Of a stretch of DNA of 64,000 nt, positions 9,049-19,738 are shown piece by piece. Position numbers and translations under genes: made by a program. The notes under the pieces are model-generated. The model was not told the origin of the DNA. It saw nothing but the letters and a program-made list of their open reading frames with translations, and searched no databases. Source of the DNA: Candidatus Woesebacteria bacterium GW2011_GWA1_39_21 (GTDB lineage Bacteria; Patescibacteriota; Microgenomatia; UBA8517). The DNA lies in assembly GCA_000993685.1 (NCBI GenBank), contig LBWP01000003.1, positions 6,196-70,195 on the forward strand, read 5' to 3'. Position 1 is the first letter of the stretch. Each line of letters opens with the position of its first letter.

Positions 9049-9726
9049 ATGGATAAAGTTGGGGAATACACGCTGGCTGTGATGAAGAAAGCCAAATGGT
9101 ATAACACGTGGATTTTGTCGTTTTTTGGGAAATATCTCGAAGGTGAGATTTTGGAAGTCGGATCGGGAACAGGAAATTTTTCTAGTCTACTAAAAAGTTA
9201 TGGAAAATTAAGTGCGGTCGATATTAAGAGAAATTATTTTCGTAAATATAACGACCCTCAAATAAGTGTTGGATATGGTGACATTGAAAAAGGCCAATAT
9301 TTTTTTAAAAATAAAAAGTTCGACGCGATTGTATGCCTAAACGTGATTGAACATATTAAAAATGATACAGTGGCAATCAAAAATATTCACAAGCTTTTAA
9401 AAAGTGGTGGGGCTGTCGTAGCCTTGGTTCCGGCAGGGGATTTGCTTTACAGCGATTATGATAGGTTGTTGGGCCATTACCGGCGTTACACGGTCTCCTC
9501 ATTTAGGAAAAAATTTCAAAGTGCAGGATTTAAGATCAAAAGCAGCCGATATCTTAACTGGTGGGGAGCGGTTGGGTGGTTTGTTTATCTTAAATTGTTG
9601 CGTAAATCAGTATTCCCGAAAAATGAGGTTGGTATTTTTGATTTTTTTGGAAGGTTTTTTCTTTGGCCTGAAAAGATTTTCTGCTTTCCCTTTGGTTTAT
9701 CGGTCTTGTTGGTTGCTGAAAAATGA
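9049..9726 (+). CDS. Class I SAM-dependent methyltransferase.
   Basis: Motif I EILEVGSGTGNFSSLL, an acidic-loop LSAVDI, and motif post-II FDAIVCLNVIEHIKND. Confidence 0.65.
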   Translation: MDKVGEYTLAVMKKAKWYNTWILSFFGKYLEGEILEVGSGTGNFSSLLKSYGKLSAVDIKRNYFRKYNDPQISVGYGDIEKGQYFFKNKKFDAIVCLNVIEHIKNDTVAIKNIHKLLKSGGAVVALVPAGDLLYSDYDRLLGHYRRYTVSSFRKKFQSAGFKIKSSRYLNWWGAVGWFVYLKLLRKSVFPKNEVGIFDFFGRFFLWPEKIFCFPFGLSVLLVAEK

Positions 9727-10448
9727 AACTTTCAATAATTATTCCTGTTTATAACGAAGAGTCGACGATCGAGACACTTTTGAGTAAGGTGTTAAGTGCC
9801 AAACTTCCGGCTAAAGTTGATAGAGAAATTGTGATTGTTGACGATGCTTCAAAAGATCTCTCTTATGATAAGATTTTGAAATTTAAGACCGCTTTGGATA
9901 AAAAAATTTCCACAAAGGTTATCCGCCACAACTTCAATCAGGGTAAAGGCGTTGCTGTGGTAGACGGAATCAATTTGTCAACAGGTGATTTTATTGTTAT
10001 TCAAGATGCCGATTTAGAGTACGACCCAGATGACTATCAAAAGCTGATCAAACCCATTATGGATCGAAAAACAGATGTTGTTTTTGGTACGCGTCTTAAG
10101 AATTATCCGCTGAAACTGTTTGGAAAAAACAAAACTCCACTTGTCAGTCATTATCTTGGCAATAAGTTTTTAACATTGGTTACTGAAATACTCTATCAAA
10201 GGAAAGTTAGTGATATGGAAACATGTTACAAAATGTTTCGTCGCGAGGTTATAAAAAACATAACGATACATGCTAAAAGATTTGATTTTGAACCAGAGTT
10301 TACCGCAAAGATTATTAAAAAGGGTTTCCGCATTTTTGAAGTTCCGATTAAAGTTAAGCCTCGTGGTTACGCTGAAGGAAAAAAGATTTTTTGGAAGGAC
10401 GGGTTTGTCGCTCTTTGGACACTTATCAAATACCGATTTGTTGATTAA
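9723..10448 (+). CDS. GT2 polyprenyl-phosphate sugar synthase (dolichyl/polyprenol-phosphate mannose synthase DPM1/Ppm1-like).
   Basis: MKLSIIIPVYNEESTIETLL, VIVDDASKD, QGKGVAV, and a DAD(LEYD) catalytic motif. At 241 aa it has no TM domain, like DPM1/Ppm1 catalytic domains. Its start overlaps the upstream stop (ATGA). Confidence 0.65.
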   Translation: MKLSIIIPVYNEESTIETLLSKVLSAKLPAKVDREIVIVDDASKDLSYDKILKFKTALDKKISTKVIRHNFNQGKGVAVVDGINLSTGDFIVIQDADLEYDPDDYQKLIKPIMDRKTDVVFGTRLKNYPLKLFGKNKTPLVSHYLGNKFLTLVTEILYQRKVSDMETCYKMFRREVIKNITIHAKRFDFEPEFTAKIIKKGFRIFEVPIKVKPRGYAEGKKIFWKDGFVALWTLIKYRFVD

Positions 10449-10563
10449 TAAGTCCAGACTCATTTAAAAAAACGATTACGCGATTACCCTTTAACTGTTT
10501 TTTTAAGTTCTGGTTATAAATTTAAAGAAGGCGAAATTATCGATTTTTGACTATAATAAAATA

Positions 10564-11640
10564 ATGAGGATCGCAATTCTCTCTTTCTACAGTGGAATAA
10601 ACCAAAGAGGTGTGGAACGTTGGGTTTATGATTTAGCTTCAAGGCTGTGGGTTACCCACGAAGTTACGGTTTTTCAAAATAACCCGTTAGGGATTAGGAC
10701 TAACTATAGTATTAGAACTTCTGGTATTAATTTTAATGAAGGTAAAACGCTAAGTGGGTGGATTGCGCGTCATTTATTTATTGATTACAAAAGTTTGAAG
10801 GTTTTGCATTTTACCTTGGCAATTTTAAAAACACTGTTTAAAGAAAATTTCGACATCGTAATTCCGACAGATGGTGGATGGGAACCAGCTATTGTCAGGA
10901 TTATAACCTGGCTAAGAAGAAAAAAAATGGTTGTTATTGGCCATGCTGGTATAGGATGGGACGACACCAATAATTTGTTATGTTTTCCTGATACTTTTGT
11001 CGCCCTGTCTTCGTATGCAAAAGTGTGGGCTGAAAAAACAAATCCCTTTGTCAAAACTGTATATATTCCAGACGGCGTAGATATGAAACTATTCAGACCC
11101 GACGGAGATAAAATTGATTTTGGTTTGAAAAGACCTTTGCTTCTGTGCGTTTCTTCGCTGGAAAAAGGCAAGAGGGTTGACTTAGTAATAAAAGCGGTTT
11201 CGCTTTTGAAAAATTATAATCTATTAGTGTGTGGGAGGGGAACACTGGAGAGAAAAATTTATAAATTTGGCCAAAAACTTTTGGGGAAAAGGTTCAAACT
11301 TAAAAGTTATGATTTTGATAAGATGCCTTTGGTCTATCGCTCGGCCGACGTTTTACTTTCTGCCTCGCTTCCGTCATATTCTTTTGAAATGGTTCTTGTT
11401 GAAGCAATGGCGAGCGGACTTTCTGTTATCGCAAATAACGATCCTATTCGAAGTGAAATTGTCGGAAAGGCGGGTTTTCTTATTGATGTGCGGGACACGC
11501 GACGGTTTTCTGAAGTAATTGGCAAAGTCCTTCAGAAACAAAACGCTCAAGGTTATTCTCTACATCAGGCGGGTAGATATTCGTGGGACAAGATATTATC
11601 CGAGTATGTAAGTTTATTTGAACGTTTGCAACAAAGTTAA
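10564..11640 (+). CDS. GT-B fold glycosyltransferase, family 4 (GT1 clan).
   Basis: The C-terminal EX7E region FEMVLVEAMASGLSVIANN is typical of GT4 retaining glycosyltransferases. Confidence 0.65.
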   Translation: MRIAILSFYSGINQRGVERWVYDLASRLWVTHEVTVFQNNPLGIRTNYSIRTSGINFNEGKTLSGWIARHLFIDYKSLKVLHFTLAILKTLFKENFDIVIPTDGGWEPAIVRIITWLRRKKMVVIGHAGIGWDDTNNLLCFPDTFVALSSYAKVWAEKTNPFVKTVYIPDGVDMKLFRPDGDKIDFGLKRPLLLCVSSLEKGKRVDLVIKAVSLLKNYNLLVCGRGTLERKIYKFGQKLLGKRFKLKSYDFDKMPLVYRSADVLLSASLPSYSFEMVLVEAMASGLSVIANNDPIRSEIVGKAGFLIDVRDTRRFSEVIGKVLQKQNAQGYSLHQAGRYSWDKILSEYVSLFERLQQS

Positions 11641-11649
11641 TTCAAGGTT

Positions 11650-12405
11650 ATGGCTCGATTGACAGTCACAATTATTACGTTGAATGAAGAAAAAGATCTT
11701 CCACGTTGTCTGGAATCGATAAAAAAGCTTGCCGATGAGATTGTTGTTGTTGATTCGGGAAGCACCGACCACACCGTTGATATCGCGCGGAAATATACTG
11801 CGAAAGTGTTTAAAAGGAAGTTTGATAACTATGCAAACCAAAAAAACTTTGCAGCACAAAAAGCATCAGGGGTATGGATTTTGTCTTTGGATGCGGATGA
11901 GGAAGTGGAATCCCAGTTGGCATCTGAGATTGCCTCTTGTATTAATAATAAGACTTTGAAATATTGCGCTTATTCGATTCCAAGAAAAAATATTATCTTT
12001 GGGAAGTTAATCAGGCACTCTCGTTGGCAAGCAGAGTTGGATAGACATGTCTGGCTGTGGAAGAAAGGTTTTGGGCAGTGGAGAGGTGATGTTCACGAAG
12101 AAGTTGAAGTCGATGGTTATGTTGGAAAAATGAACGGTGCAAAAATCCATCATCAATACCGAACTCTTAAAGAATTTTTCGCGATGATGAATCGTTATTC
12201 CGAATTTGAGTCCGAAGAGATTATTCGAAAAGGGGGGAATTTTTCATTATTCAAAATGATCTGTATACCCAAGTATAACTTTTTAGTTAGATATTTCTAC
12301 CGACTTGGATTTTTGGATGGCTGGAGAGGTTTTATGTTGTCATACCTTATGGCGATATACCATCTGATTGTTTGGGTAAAGGTTTGGACGAAAAGGAAAA
12401 TATGA
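11650..12405 (+). CDS. GT2 family glycosyltransferase (WaaE/KdtX-like).
   Basis: LTVTIITLNEEKDLPRCLESI, VVVDSGSTDHTVDIA, and a DADE motif (SLDADEE). Confidence 0.65.
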   Translation: MARLTVTIITLNEEKDLPRCLESIKKLADEIVVVDSGSTDHTVDIARKYTAKVFKRKFDNYANQKNFAAQKASGVWILSLDADEEVESQLASEIASCINNKTLKYCAYSIPRKNIIFGKLIRHSRWQAELDRHVWLWKKGFGQWRGDVHEEVEVDGYVGKMNGAKIHHQYRTLKEFFAMMNRYSEFESEEIIRKGGNFSLFKMICIPKYNFLVRYFYRLGFLDGWRGFMLSYLMAIYHLIVWVKVWTKRKI

Positions 12406-13880
12406 TTTATCTGGTAGTTTTTATAGGATTGATACTAAGACTTATTACGATAAATCAGTCTCTGTGGCTTGATGAAGCAATTGGAGCGATTGCGGCGAGA
12501 GAGATGTCGGTCTATCAAATGTTTGAAAGTTTTTTTACTGTCGATAATCATCCGCCTTTATATTATTTACTATTAAAGCTTTGGACAAGCATTTTTGGTT
12601 ATAGTGAATTTTCCTTAAGGTTTCCATCGATCCTGTTTTCCCTTTTAACGATTTATCTTGTATATAAAATTGCCCTTCTTATTCAACGGTTGGAAAAAGA
12701 CGATCATAAACCGATGCGAAGTGTCGGCTTGTTTACTTATCCGACTGTCGCAGCCTTACTCTTGGCAATTTCGCAGTTTAACATCTACTTTTCTCAGGAA
12801 GCAAGAATGTATTCGATGGCAGCTTTTTTTGCGTCGCTTCTCGTTTATTTTTTTATCAAACTTTACACCGTTCGGGTAAGTTGGTTCTACATGTTGGGAT
12901 TCTCTTTGGCACTCTTATGTCTCGGTACAACCGATTACTTGCCATACTTTCTTATTTTAACTATAGCTTTGTTTGCACTTGTCAAAAAATCGAGCTGGAA
13001 GTGGCTTTTTAATGTTTATACTTGCTTTATCCCGCTAGCAGTTTTTTGGGTGTTTTGGTTCACAACTTTTTCCAGGCAATCCCAGGGTGGATCTTGGTTG
13101 GTGACAACACTTCCCGCGTGGAAAAATCTCGCTGGCGGAGCAACTTTGAAACAGCTAATTCTCGTTTGGATCAAGTTTATTTTGGGAAGAGTGTCATTTG
13201 TGAATAAATATGTTTACGTTGCATTAGCTTTTCTATTTTCACTTCCCTACGCCACTTCTCTTATTTTGGCTTTTCGAAATCGTAATAAGAGAGGGATTTT
13301 ATGGTTATGGATGACGGCCCCTCTATTTTTAAGTTATTTAACATCTTTTGTGGTGCCATCTTTTGCATACTTCCGATTTTTGTTTGTGTACCCTGCTTTT
13401 GTACTTATTGTCGCTTGGGGGTTAGTAAATATAAAAAACGAACTTGCGAAGAAACTGGTTTTTTACTCGATAGTTATTTCAGCCTTGTTTTCGTGTATTT
13501 ATTATTATGGCAATTCTTCGCAGCAGAGAGAAAATTGGAGGGGGGCGGTCGCATTTGTTGAGGGTAATATTCAAAGGTCTGAAGTCGCCATCTTTGAATA
13601 CCCAGAACCGTTTGCGCCGTATAGATGGTATGAAAAAAGGCCAGCCTTCTCAATTGGTGTTACAGACTCTATTTCCGCGGGAAGTGAGGAAACACGCGAC
13701 ATTCTTATAAAAACAATTAATACGAAAACAGGGATCTACTATTTTGATTACCTTCATGACCTTTCTGACCCTCAAGACATAGTTCGAAAAACACTTACAG
13801 AACAGAAATTTTCAGCCAAGGAGATTGTTAGTTTTAGTGGTGTTGGACAGATATATCATTACAGAAAAGATTCATTATGA
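12372..13880 (+). CDS. GT-C fold membrane glycosyltransferase, PMT/ArnT-like (GT39/83-like).
   Basis: 502 aa, polytopic. It has the loop-1 DE motif NQSLWLDEAIGAIAAREM. About 11 hydrophobic helices and a C-terminal soluble domain follow. Confidence 0.55.
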   Translation: MGKGLDEKENMIYLVVFIGLILRLITINQSLWLDEAIGAIAAREMSVYQMFESFFTVDNHPPLYYLLLKLWTSIFGYSEFSLRFPSILFSLLTIYLVYKIALLIQRLEKDDHKPMRSVGLFTYPTVAALLLAISQFNIYFSQEARMYSMAAFFASLLVYFFIKLYTVRVSWFYMLGFSLALLCLGTTDYLPYFLILTIALFALVKKSSWKWLFNVYTCFIPLAVFWVFWFTTFSRQSQGGSWLVTTLPAWKNLAGGATLKQLILVWIKFILGRVSFVNKYVYVALAFLFSLPYATSLILAFRNRNKRGILWLWMTAPLFLSYLTSFVVPSFAYFRFLFVYPAFVLIVAWGLVNIKNELAKKLVFYSIVISALFSCIYYYGNSSQQRENWRGAVAFVEGNIQRSEVAIFEYPEPFAPYRWYEKRPAFSIGVTDSISAGSEETRDILIKTINTKTGIYYFDYLHDLSDPQDIVRKTLTEQKFSAKEIVSFSGVGQIYHYRKDSL

Positions 13881-15370
13881 AAACGGGTTTTGTTGCCACT
13901 TTGCTTAAAACCACGGTATTTATGCCGTGGATGAAGCAAATTTTCGCATTTAACGTATCTAATCGCAGGAAACAAACTTCCACAGCTTTCAAACCGTGGA
14001 AGTTTATTAATTGGGTGAAAACACACGTTACAGAACTAGTACTATTTCTGATAATTGCTCTCCATATCTCACTTCTTTTGCATCTGATATTTTTTCCATA
14101 TCCAGAACTTTTCGTATATTCGTTTCTATCCTCAAAAGGCTTATTGCCTTACAGAGATATTTTTGATCAGCACTTTCCCGGGATTATGCTTTTTCCGATT
14201 AATCTGTATTCGCTTGGCCTGGCAACTTTTGCAAGGATAAGAGTAGTTCATTTACTCTTAGTTGCCCTTAATCAGATTCTTTTGTATAAAATCGGTTGTA
14301 GAATAACAAACTCCAATAAAAAAGCGCTTCTGATGAATTTTTTTTATCTCCTCTGGCAACCTTACTTTGAGGGAAATGTTTTGTGGATTGAATCGTTTGT
14401 TACACCTCTTCTTCTTTTTTCTTACTACTTCCTCGACGCGAATTGCAGGAAACGGCTTTTCATTAGCGGTTTATTAATGGGTTTGGCACTGGTATTTAAA
14501 CAAGTTGTTTTCCCACTTATCTTGTTTGTTGTCGTCTACCTTTTTGTTAAAAATAGTAAAAAAATGTTTTTAGTTTATCTTTTTGGACTATCATTTTTCC
14601 CAATTTTGATGATAATGTTTGTTTTCTCAAAAGGTATTTTTGGTGAATTTCTTTATTGGACCGCAACTTTCAATCTCACGGTTTTTTCACAAATGGGCCG
14701 TAAGGATCCCAATTTAGCTGGTTTAATCCAGGCCGCACCCCTTTTCGCGCTGGGTTTTCTTTCTGCGTTTTTTGTGTTGGTCAAATTTGGGAAAAAATAT
14801 TTACCGCTTTTACTATTTGCAGCTGCGACCTTATTTTTTGCGTACGCTAGATATGATTTTATCCATCTCCAGCCGTCCCTGCCTTTTTTTATTTGCCTGA
14901 TAACTCTTTCTTTGTTTAGTATTAACCGTAGGTTACTAGTTATTTTTATAATTGTTTATATAACTCTTGCGTCATTTTTTATTATTCGCTTTTACAAGCT
15001 TAATTTTGGAAGTACAATCGTCTTTTGGGGAGAGACAGAGAAACTTGTTACCACTATTGTCAAGGAGAACACGAATCCTGACGATAAAATTTTTTCATAT
15101 GGCTCGATACCTGACATTTACTTCTTAACCAACAGACTTCCTCCGGGCAATAAGTTCGTATTTCAGTTTCCTTGGTTTATGAAAGTGGCAGAAAAAGACA
15201 TTTTAAAGGGTATAATACAAGATAGTCCGCAGATTGTTGTTGAAGAAGAAGGTGTTTATGTTCAAGGTTACAACTTAGATGATTATATGCAGAATATCCG
15301 TATGTACCTAGGTAGCAACTATGTACAGATTGGTAAAGTGGGAGAAATCAAAATTCTCAAAAAACTATGA
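13877..15370 (+). CDS. Polytopic membrane protein, a putative GT-C-like glycosyltransferase or polymerase.
   Basis: 497 aa with at least 10 hydrophobic helices. It has an acidic first loop (LPYRDIFDQHFPG) and a C-terminal soluble domain. It sits between GT-C and GT4 genes. No unambiguous family motif was recognised. Confidence 0.35.
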   Translation: MKTGFVATLLKTTVFMPWMKQIFAFNVSNRRKQTSTAFKPWKFINWVKTHVTELVLFLIIALHISLLLHLIFFPYPELFVYSFLSSKGLLPYRDIFDQHFPGIMLFPINLYSLGLATFARIRVVHLLLVALNQILLYKIGCRITNSNKKALLMNFFYLLWQPYFEGNVLWIESFVTPLLLFSYYFLDANCRKRLFISGLLMGLALVFKQVVFPLILFVVVYLFVKNSKKMFLVYLFGLSFFPILMIMFVFSKGIFGEFLYWTATFNLTVFSQMGRKDPNLAGLIQAAPLFALGFLSAFFVLVKFGKKYLPLLLFAAATLFFAYARYDFIHLQPSLPFFICLITLSLFSINRRLLVIFIIVYITLASFFIIRFYKLNFGSTIVFWGETEKLVTTIVKENTNPDDKIFSYGSIPDIYFLTNRLPPGNKFVFQFPWFMKVAEKDILKGIIQDSPQIVVEEEGVYVQGYNLDDYMQNIRMYLGSNYVQIGKVGEIKILKKL

Positions 15371-16452
15371 AAATTGCAATTGACGCTTCCCAGGTAATAT
15401 ATGATACCGGAGTTTCCGTTTATACACGAAATCTAATCGGATCTATTCTTAGTATCGATAAAAAGGATAATTTTCTTTTGTTTGGCGGTTCTTTGAGAAG
15501 AATTCCAAAACTTGTTGACACATTTTCTAAATTGACGCAATTAAGCAATAATGCCCGTAGTATAGTTTTTCCAATACCACCTTTTTTATCAGATGTTTTG
15601 TTCAACCGTTTGGGTTGGAGTATAGATCCGCTAATTGGAAAAGCTGATATCTTTCACTCTTCAGATTGGACTCAACCTAGCAGCAGTGCCTTTAAAGTTA
15701 CTACAGTTCACGATTTAGTACCAATACTTTTTGAAAGAATGTCCCACCCTAAGATTGTTGAGGTGCATAAAAGGAGGCTTGAGAGGGTAATGAAATATGC
15801 TGATAGAATAATTGTGCCGTCGCAAACAACCAGAGATGATCTGCTGAAACTGGGGTGTCCTGAAAAAGTGATTAATGTTATTCCCGAAGCCGTTGACCCA
15901 AGTTTTCACAAGTGTACTCGTGAAATAGTGGAAAGTACAAGGAGAAGATATAATCTCAACTCAAAATATTTATTGGCGGTAGGCACAAGTTACAGGAAAA
16001 ACATTGAACGTATTATCCAGGCATTTGAAAAAGTCAGAGTGGGTCGAAGGTTGAAGCTTGTGGTAATCGGCGAAGTACGTAAACCTATGCATTTTGTTAG
16101 GAACGTTGTGTATTTGGGTAGCGTTACGCAACGAGACATTGTTCCGATGTATGCTGGGAGTGAAGCGCTTCTCTATCCATCGCTGTACGAGGGTTTTGGT
16201 TTACCGATTCTGGAGGCTTTTTCACTAGGTGTGCCAGTTCTAACCTCCAATCGTGGAAGCATGGGGGAAATTGCCGGAGACGCCGCAGTTTTAGTTGACC
16301 CGGAAAATTTGGACTCTATATCTAGGGGAATCGAAAAGTTGCTGGAAAACAAGAATTTTTATGCGAGGTTGGGCAAAAAGGAGATAAAGAAATATAGCTG
16401 GAGGAGTACTGCTTTATTGACCTTAAGTTTGTACAAAAATCTTGTTAAATAA
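15367..16452 (+). CDS. GT4 family glycosyltransferase (GT-B fold).
   Basis: YPSLYEGFGLPILEAFSLGVPVLTSNRGSMGEIAGDAAVLVDP (EX7E motif). Confidence 0.7.
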   Translation: MKIAIDASQVIYDTGVSVYTRNLIGSILSIDKKDNFLLFGGSLRRIPKLVDTFSKLTQLSNNARSIVFPIPPFLSDVLFNRLGWSIDPLIGKADIFHSSDWTQPSSSAFKVTTVHDLVPILFERMSHPKIVEVHKRRLERVMKYADRIIVPSQTTRDDLLKLGCPEKVINVIPEAVDPSFHKCTREIVESTRRRYNLNSKYLLAVGTSYRKNIERIIQAFEKVRVGRRLKLVVIGEVRKPMHFVRNVVYLGSVTQRDIVPMYAGSEALLYPSLYEGFGLPILEAFSLGVPVLTSNRGSMGEIAGDAAVLVDPENLDSISRGIEKLLENKNFYARLGKKEIKKYSWRSTALLTLSLYKNLVK

Positions 16453-17593
16453 TATGATTATTGGTATTGACGGAACTGAGGCAAATGAAGAAGTGAGAGT
16501 CGGGTCGTCGGAGTATGCCTATCAACTTCTCCATTCAATCTATAGGATATCGTCTCGCTCTGAGTCTCAAAATAAGTTTTTAATTTTCCTTAAACAGGAC
16601 AAGATTAATGGTTTACCCCCTGAAAATAAGCGGTGGAGTTACGAGATCATTCCGTCCGACAGGTTTTGGGTATTTAAGAAGTTGTTACCAAGACTTATTT
16701 TCGGCAGCAAAATAGATCTTTTTTTCAGTCCAACGCATTACTTGCCGATTTTTACAACGGTTCCGCAGATTTGCACAATACATGACTTGGGTTACCTCAT
16801 GTTCTTGGAACAATTTAGACGCTACGACTTTTGGCAGTTGAAGTATTGGAGCGCTATTTCCATAATTATATCAAAATGTATCATCGCTGTTTCAAAAACA
16901 ACAAGGGATGACATTGTACGACATTACCCTTTTTCTTCTAATAAAATAAAAATAATATATCACGGGTTAGATCATCACCTTTTTAATCAAAATATTCCTG
17001 ATATTCTTGTGCGACATATTCAAGATAAGTTTAAAATTGGTAAATACTATATCCTTCATTTAGGAACACTCAAGCCTTCTAAAAATATTGAAGGGATTAT
17101 CAAAGCATTCTCTCTTTTTGTAAAGGCGGGACACACTATGTCGACGGGATTTCAATTGGTGATTGCCGGAAAAAAGGGTTGGATGTATGAAAATATTTTT
17201 CAACTGGTTAAGGAGCAAAATTTGGAAAACAGAGTTGTTTTCACTGATTATGTAACAGAGGAGGAAAAGAGGGCTCTTTATAAAGGGGCATATGCATTGA
17301 TTTCTCCGTCATATTGGGAAGGTTTTGGAATGCATGCTCTTGAAGCAATGGCCTGTGGAACACCCGTAATTGTTAGCGGAAGCGGTAGTTTGCGTGAAAT
17401 TGCAGGTTCGGCGGGCATTTACGTTGACCCATACAGTGTGGAAAGTATTTATGGGGGCATTGAGAAACTGGTTTCGATGAAGATTTCGGAATATAATAAA
17501 CAATCGAGGATGTGTTTTGAGCGTACGAAAGCCTATACTTGGGAAAGTACAGCAAGGAAAACACTAGATCTGTTTGAAGGTTTCTCAAAGTAA
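16442..17593 (+). CDS. GT4 family glycosyltransferase (GT-B fold).
   Basis: SPSYWEGFGMHALEAMACGTPVIVSGSGSLREIAG. Confidence 0.7.
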   Translation: MLNNMIIGIDGTEANEEVRVGSSEYAYQLLHSIYRISSRSESQNKFLIFLKQDKINGLPPENKRWSYEIIPSDRFWVFKKLLPRLIFGSKIDLFFSPTHYLPIFTTVPQICTIHDLGYLMFLEQFRRYDFWQLKYWSAISIIISKCIIAVSKTTRDDIVRHYPFSSNKIKIIYHGLDHHLFNQNIPDILVRHIQDKFKIGKYYILHLGTLKPSKNIEGIIKAFSLFVKAGHTMSTGFQLVIAGKKGWMYENIFQLVKEQNLENRVVFTDYVTEEEKRALYKGAYALISPSYWEGFGMHALEAMACGTPVIVSGSGSLREIAGSAGIYVDPYSVESIYGGIEKLVSMKISEYNKQSRMCFERTKAYTWESTARKTLDLFEGFSK

Positions 17594-17596
17594 AAA

Positions 17597-18232
17597 ATGA
17601 AGATTGCTAACTTAAATGTATCGTTTAAAGGGTTTTATTTTACGGATAAATATGGAGATACACTCACGCGTGCGCAAGCAACCCAAAAAATTTTCAGTAG
17701 AGTAAATAATATATTCATTGATATGGGGTTATTTTTTGTTCATAATGTAGGTTACATTCCAAGTCATCACATTAGAAGCATTGTCTATAAACTTGCTGGT
17801 GTAAAACTTGGAAAAGGAAGTGTTATTCACACTGGTTGTAAGTTTTTTGCGCCAACCGGTGTTGAAATTGGAAACGACTCGGTGATTGGATACAGAGCGT
17901 TTTTGGATGGGAGAGGGAAACTAAAAATTGGAAATCATGTTGATGTTGCAAGTGAAGTGATGGTTTATAATTCAGAACACGACATGAATGACCCAAAGTT
18001 TGAAGCAAAAATCGAGAGCGTGGAAATTGAAGACTATGTATTTATTGGACCTAGAGCTATTATTCTTCCAGGTGTCAGAATTGGATATGGCGCAATTGTT
18101 GCTGCTGGGTGTGTCGTAACAAAAAATGTTCCCAACTTTGCAGTTGTTGGTGGTGTGCCTGGGAAAGTGATCGGTGAAAGGAAAAATAAAAATCCAAATT
18201 ATATTTTGGGAAGACCGAGGCTTTTTCAATGA
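17597..18232 (+). CDS. Hexapeptide-repeat (left-handed beta-helix) acetyltransferase, sugar O-acetyltransferase-like.
   Basis: Repeated [LIV]G-x-x-x-x hexads: [24 protein letters not shown], and [49 protein letters not shown]. Confidence 0.7.
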   Translation: MKIANLNVSFKGFYFTDKYGDTLTRAQATQKIFSRVNNIFIDMGLFFVHNVGYIPSHHIRSIVYKLAGVKLGKGSVIHTGCKFFAPTGVEIGNDSVIGYRAFLDGRGKLKIGNHVDVASEVMVYNSEHDMNDPKFEAKIESVEIEDYVFIGPRAIILPGVRIGYGAIVAAGCVVTKNVPNFAVVGGVPGKVIGERKNKNPNYILGRPRLFQ

Positions 18233-18235
18233 CAA

Positions 18236-18790
18236 ATGAAAAAACTGGCAACAGCGGTATTTATCATAGGGTCCACAGCCCTACTTCTCTATTTGGTTTT
18301 GCCAAATCAACCCTTTCCAGCTGTTGATAACGCATCACTTCGGTCAAGTGAACCCGGCGATGTTGAATCTGATTTACGGCGTGGTTACTATAATAACAGC
18401 AACAGACAGGAGACGATTTCACTTTATCGTAGCAAGTTCAATCAACTCTCAATTTTTGGTAAAAAGTTAAACTATTTTTCTTTTACATTAAATTATCCGT
18501 CGGAAGAAGCACAAACACTAATTAGGGATCAGACAAGAAGTACGTACTTAGAGGAAATAGTCCACCCCATGCGCGAGTCGCTGTTTGTGAACGGTTTCGA
18601 ACCGAAAAAGGATAGCGATGTTATTTTTGTTAATGGTCAGAGTTACTTACAAAAGAACATTATTAAATTAGTCAATTCGACACTGTTTTTCAGACTTTTA
18701 CTAGGTATATTTGCCTTACTTTCAATTTTTCTTATCACAAAAGCTTGGACCAGTTATTATCAAGAATTTAAAACCAGTTTGTTGAAGTAG
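18236..18790 (+). CDS. Hypothetical bitopic membrane protein.
   Basis: 184 aa with an N-terminal TM (LATAVFIIGSTALLLYLVL) and a C-terminal TM (LLLGIFALLSIFLI). No recognised motif. Confidence 0.35.
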   Translation: MKKLATAVFIIGSTALLLYLVLPNQPFPAVDNASLRSSEPGDVESDLRRGYYNNSNRQETISLYRSKFNQLSIFGKKLNYFSFTLNYPSEEAQTLIRDQTRSTYLEEIVHPMRESLFVNGFEPKKDSDVIFVNGQSYLQKNIIKLVNSTLFFRLLLGIFALLSIFLITKAWTSYYQEFKTSLLK

Positions 18791-18808
18791 AATCAGCTGA
18801 AAAAGCGT

Positions 18809-19738
18809 ATGGCTAATAAAAAAAACATAATGTTGTCGATTATCATTGTTAGTTTCAACACCAATAAAATATTAAAAAGTTGTATTGATTCGGTTATTAA
18901 AAATAGCGGCAATTTAAAGTACGAATTCGTTATCGTTGATAATAACTCAACAGATGGATCTGTTGCCTATTTGAAAAGACTTTCCCAATACAAGAATGTA
19001 AAGGTTGTTTTTAATCGAACCAACGTTGGTTATGGTGGTGCGAATAACCAGGGAATTAATCGGGCTTTGGGTGATTACCTACTATTTCTTAACTCAGACA
19101 CATATTTCGAAAAAAATATCTTAAAGAAAATGGTTGATTATTTAAAAAAACATCCCCACATTGGTTGTATAAGTTGTATGCTCAAAAATTCCGACGGTAC
19201 CATTCAAGGTACAGGAGGATATTTCCCAAATCTCTTAGGAGTTTTTTCATGGATGTTGATTCAGGATTTTCCTTTTATTGATAGACTTATCAAACCTTTT
19301 CATCCCATGAAGTCACGTTCATTTTTTAAGGGAACTGGATTTTATCTACATGAGAAAGAGCTTGATTGGGTAACGGGGGCGTTTATGCTGATGAGAAAAA
19401 AAGCTGTGAATGATACAGGCCTTTTTGACCCGCATTATTTTATGTATATGGAAGAAGTTGATTATCTTTTCAGAATGAAAAAGAAGGGTTGGAAAGTTTT
19501 ATATAAGCCGGATTGGTCAATTGTTCATCTGGGTGGAAAAAGTGGATCTGCAGGTTCTGGAATCCTTCTTGAATTTGAGGGTGTAAAGATATTTTACAAA
19601 AAACATTACCCTAAATGGCAATACGCGCTTTTAAGGGTTATTTTAAAAACAGGTGCGTTTTGGAGAATGTGTATATTTGGTTTACTTAAAGGTAAGGTGG
19701 ATTTTACGGTATATGCAAAAGCTTTCCAACAAATTTAA
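18809..19738 (+). CDS. GT2 family glycosyltransferase (rhamnosyltransferase-like).
   Basis: MLSIIIVSFNTNKILKSCIDSV, VIVDNNSTDGS, and DxD-like NSDTYF. Confidence 0.65.
   Translation: MANKKNIMLSIIIVSFNTNKILKSCIDSVIKNSGNLKYEFVIVDNNSTDGSVAYLKRLSQYKNVKVVFNRTNVGYGGANNQGINRALGDYLLFLNSDTYFEKNILKKMVDYLKKHPHIGCISCMLKNSDGTIQGTGGYFPNLLGVFSWMLIQDFPFIDRLIKPFHPMKSRSFFKGTGFYLHEKELDWVTGAFMLMRKKAVNDTGLFDPHYFMYMEEVDYLFRMKKKGWKVLYKPDWSIVHLGGKSGSAGSGILLEFEGVKIFYKKHYPKWQYALLRVILKTGAFWRMCIFGLLKGKVDFTVYAKAFQQI

Noticed and set aside
10449-10563. Direct repeat cgattacgcgattac and a T-run in the spacer before the GT4 gene.
   Set aside because: A single short tandem duplication of 7 nt and a T7 run with no adjacent stem. 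Likely a chance or low-complexity feature, at most a weak terminator.
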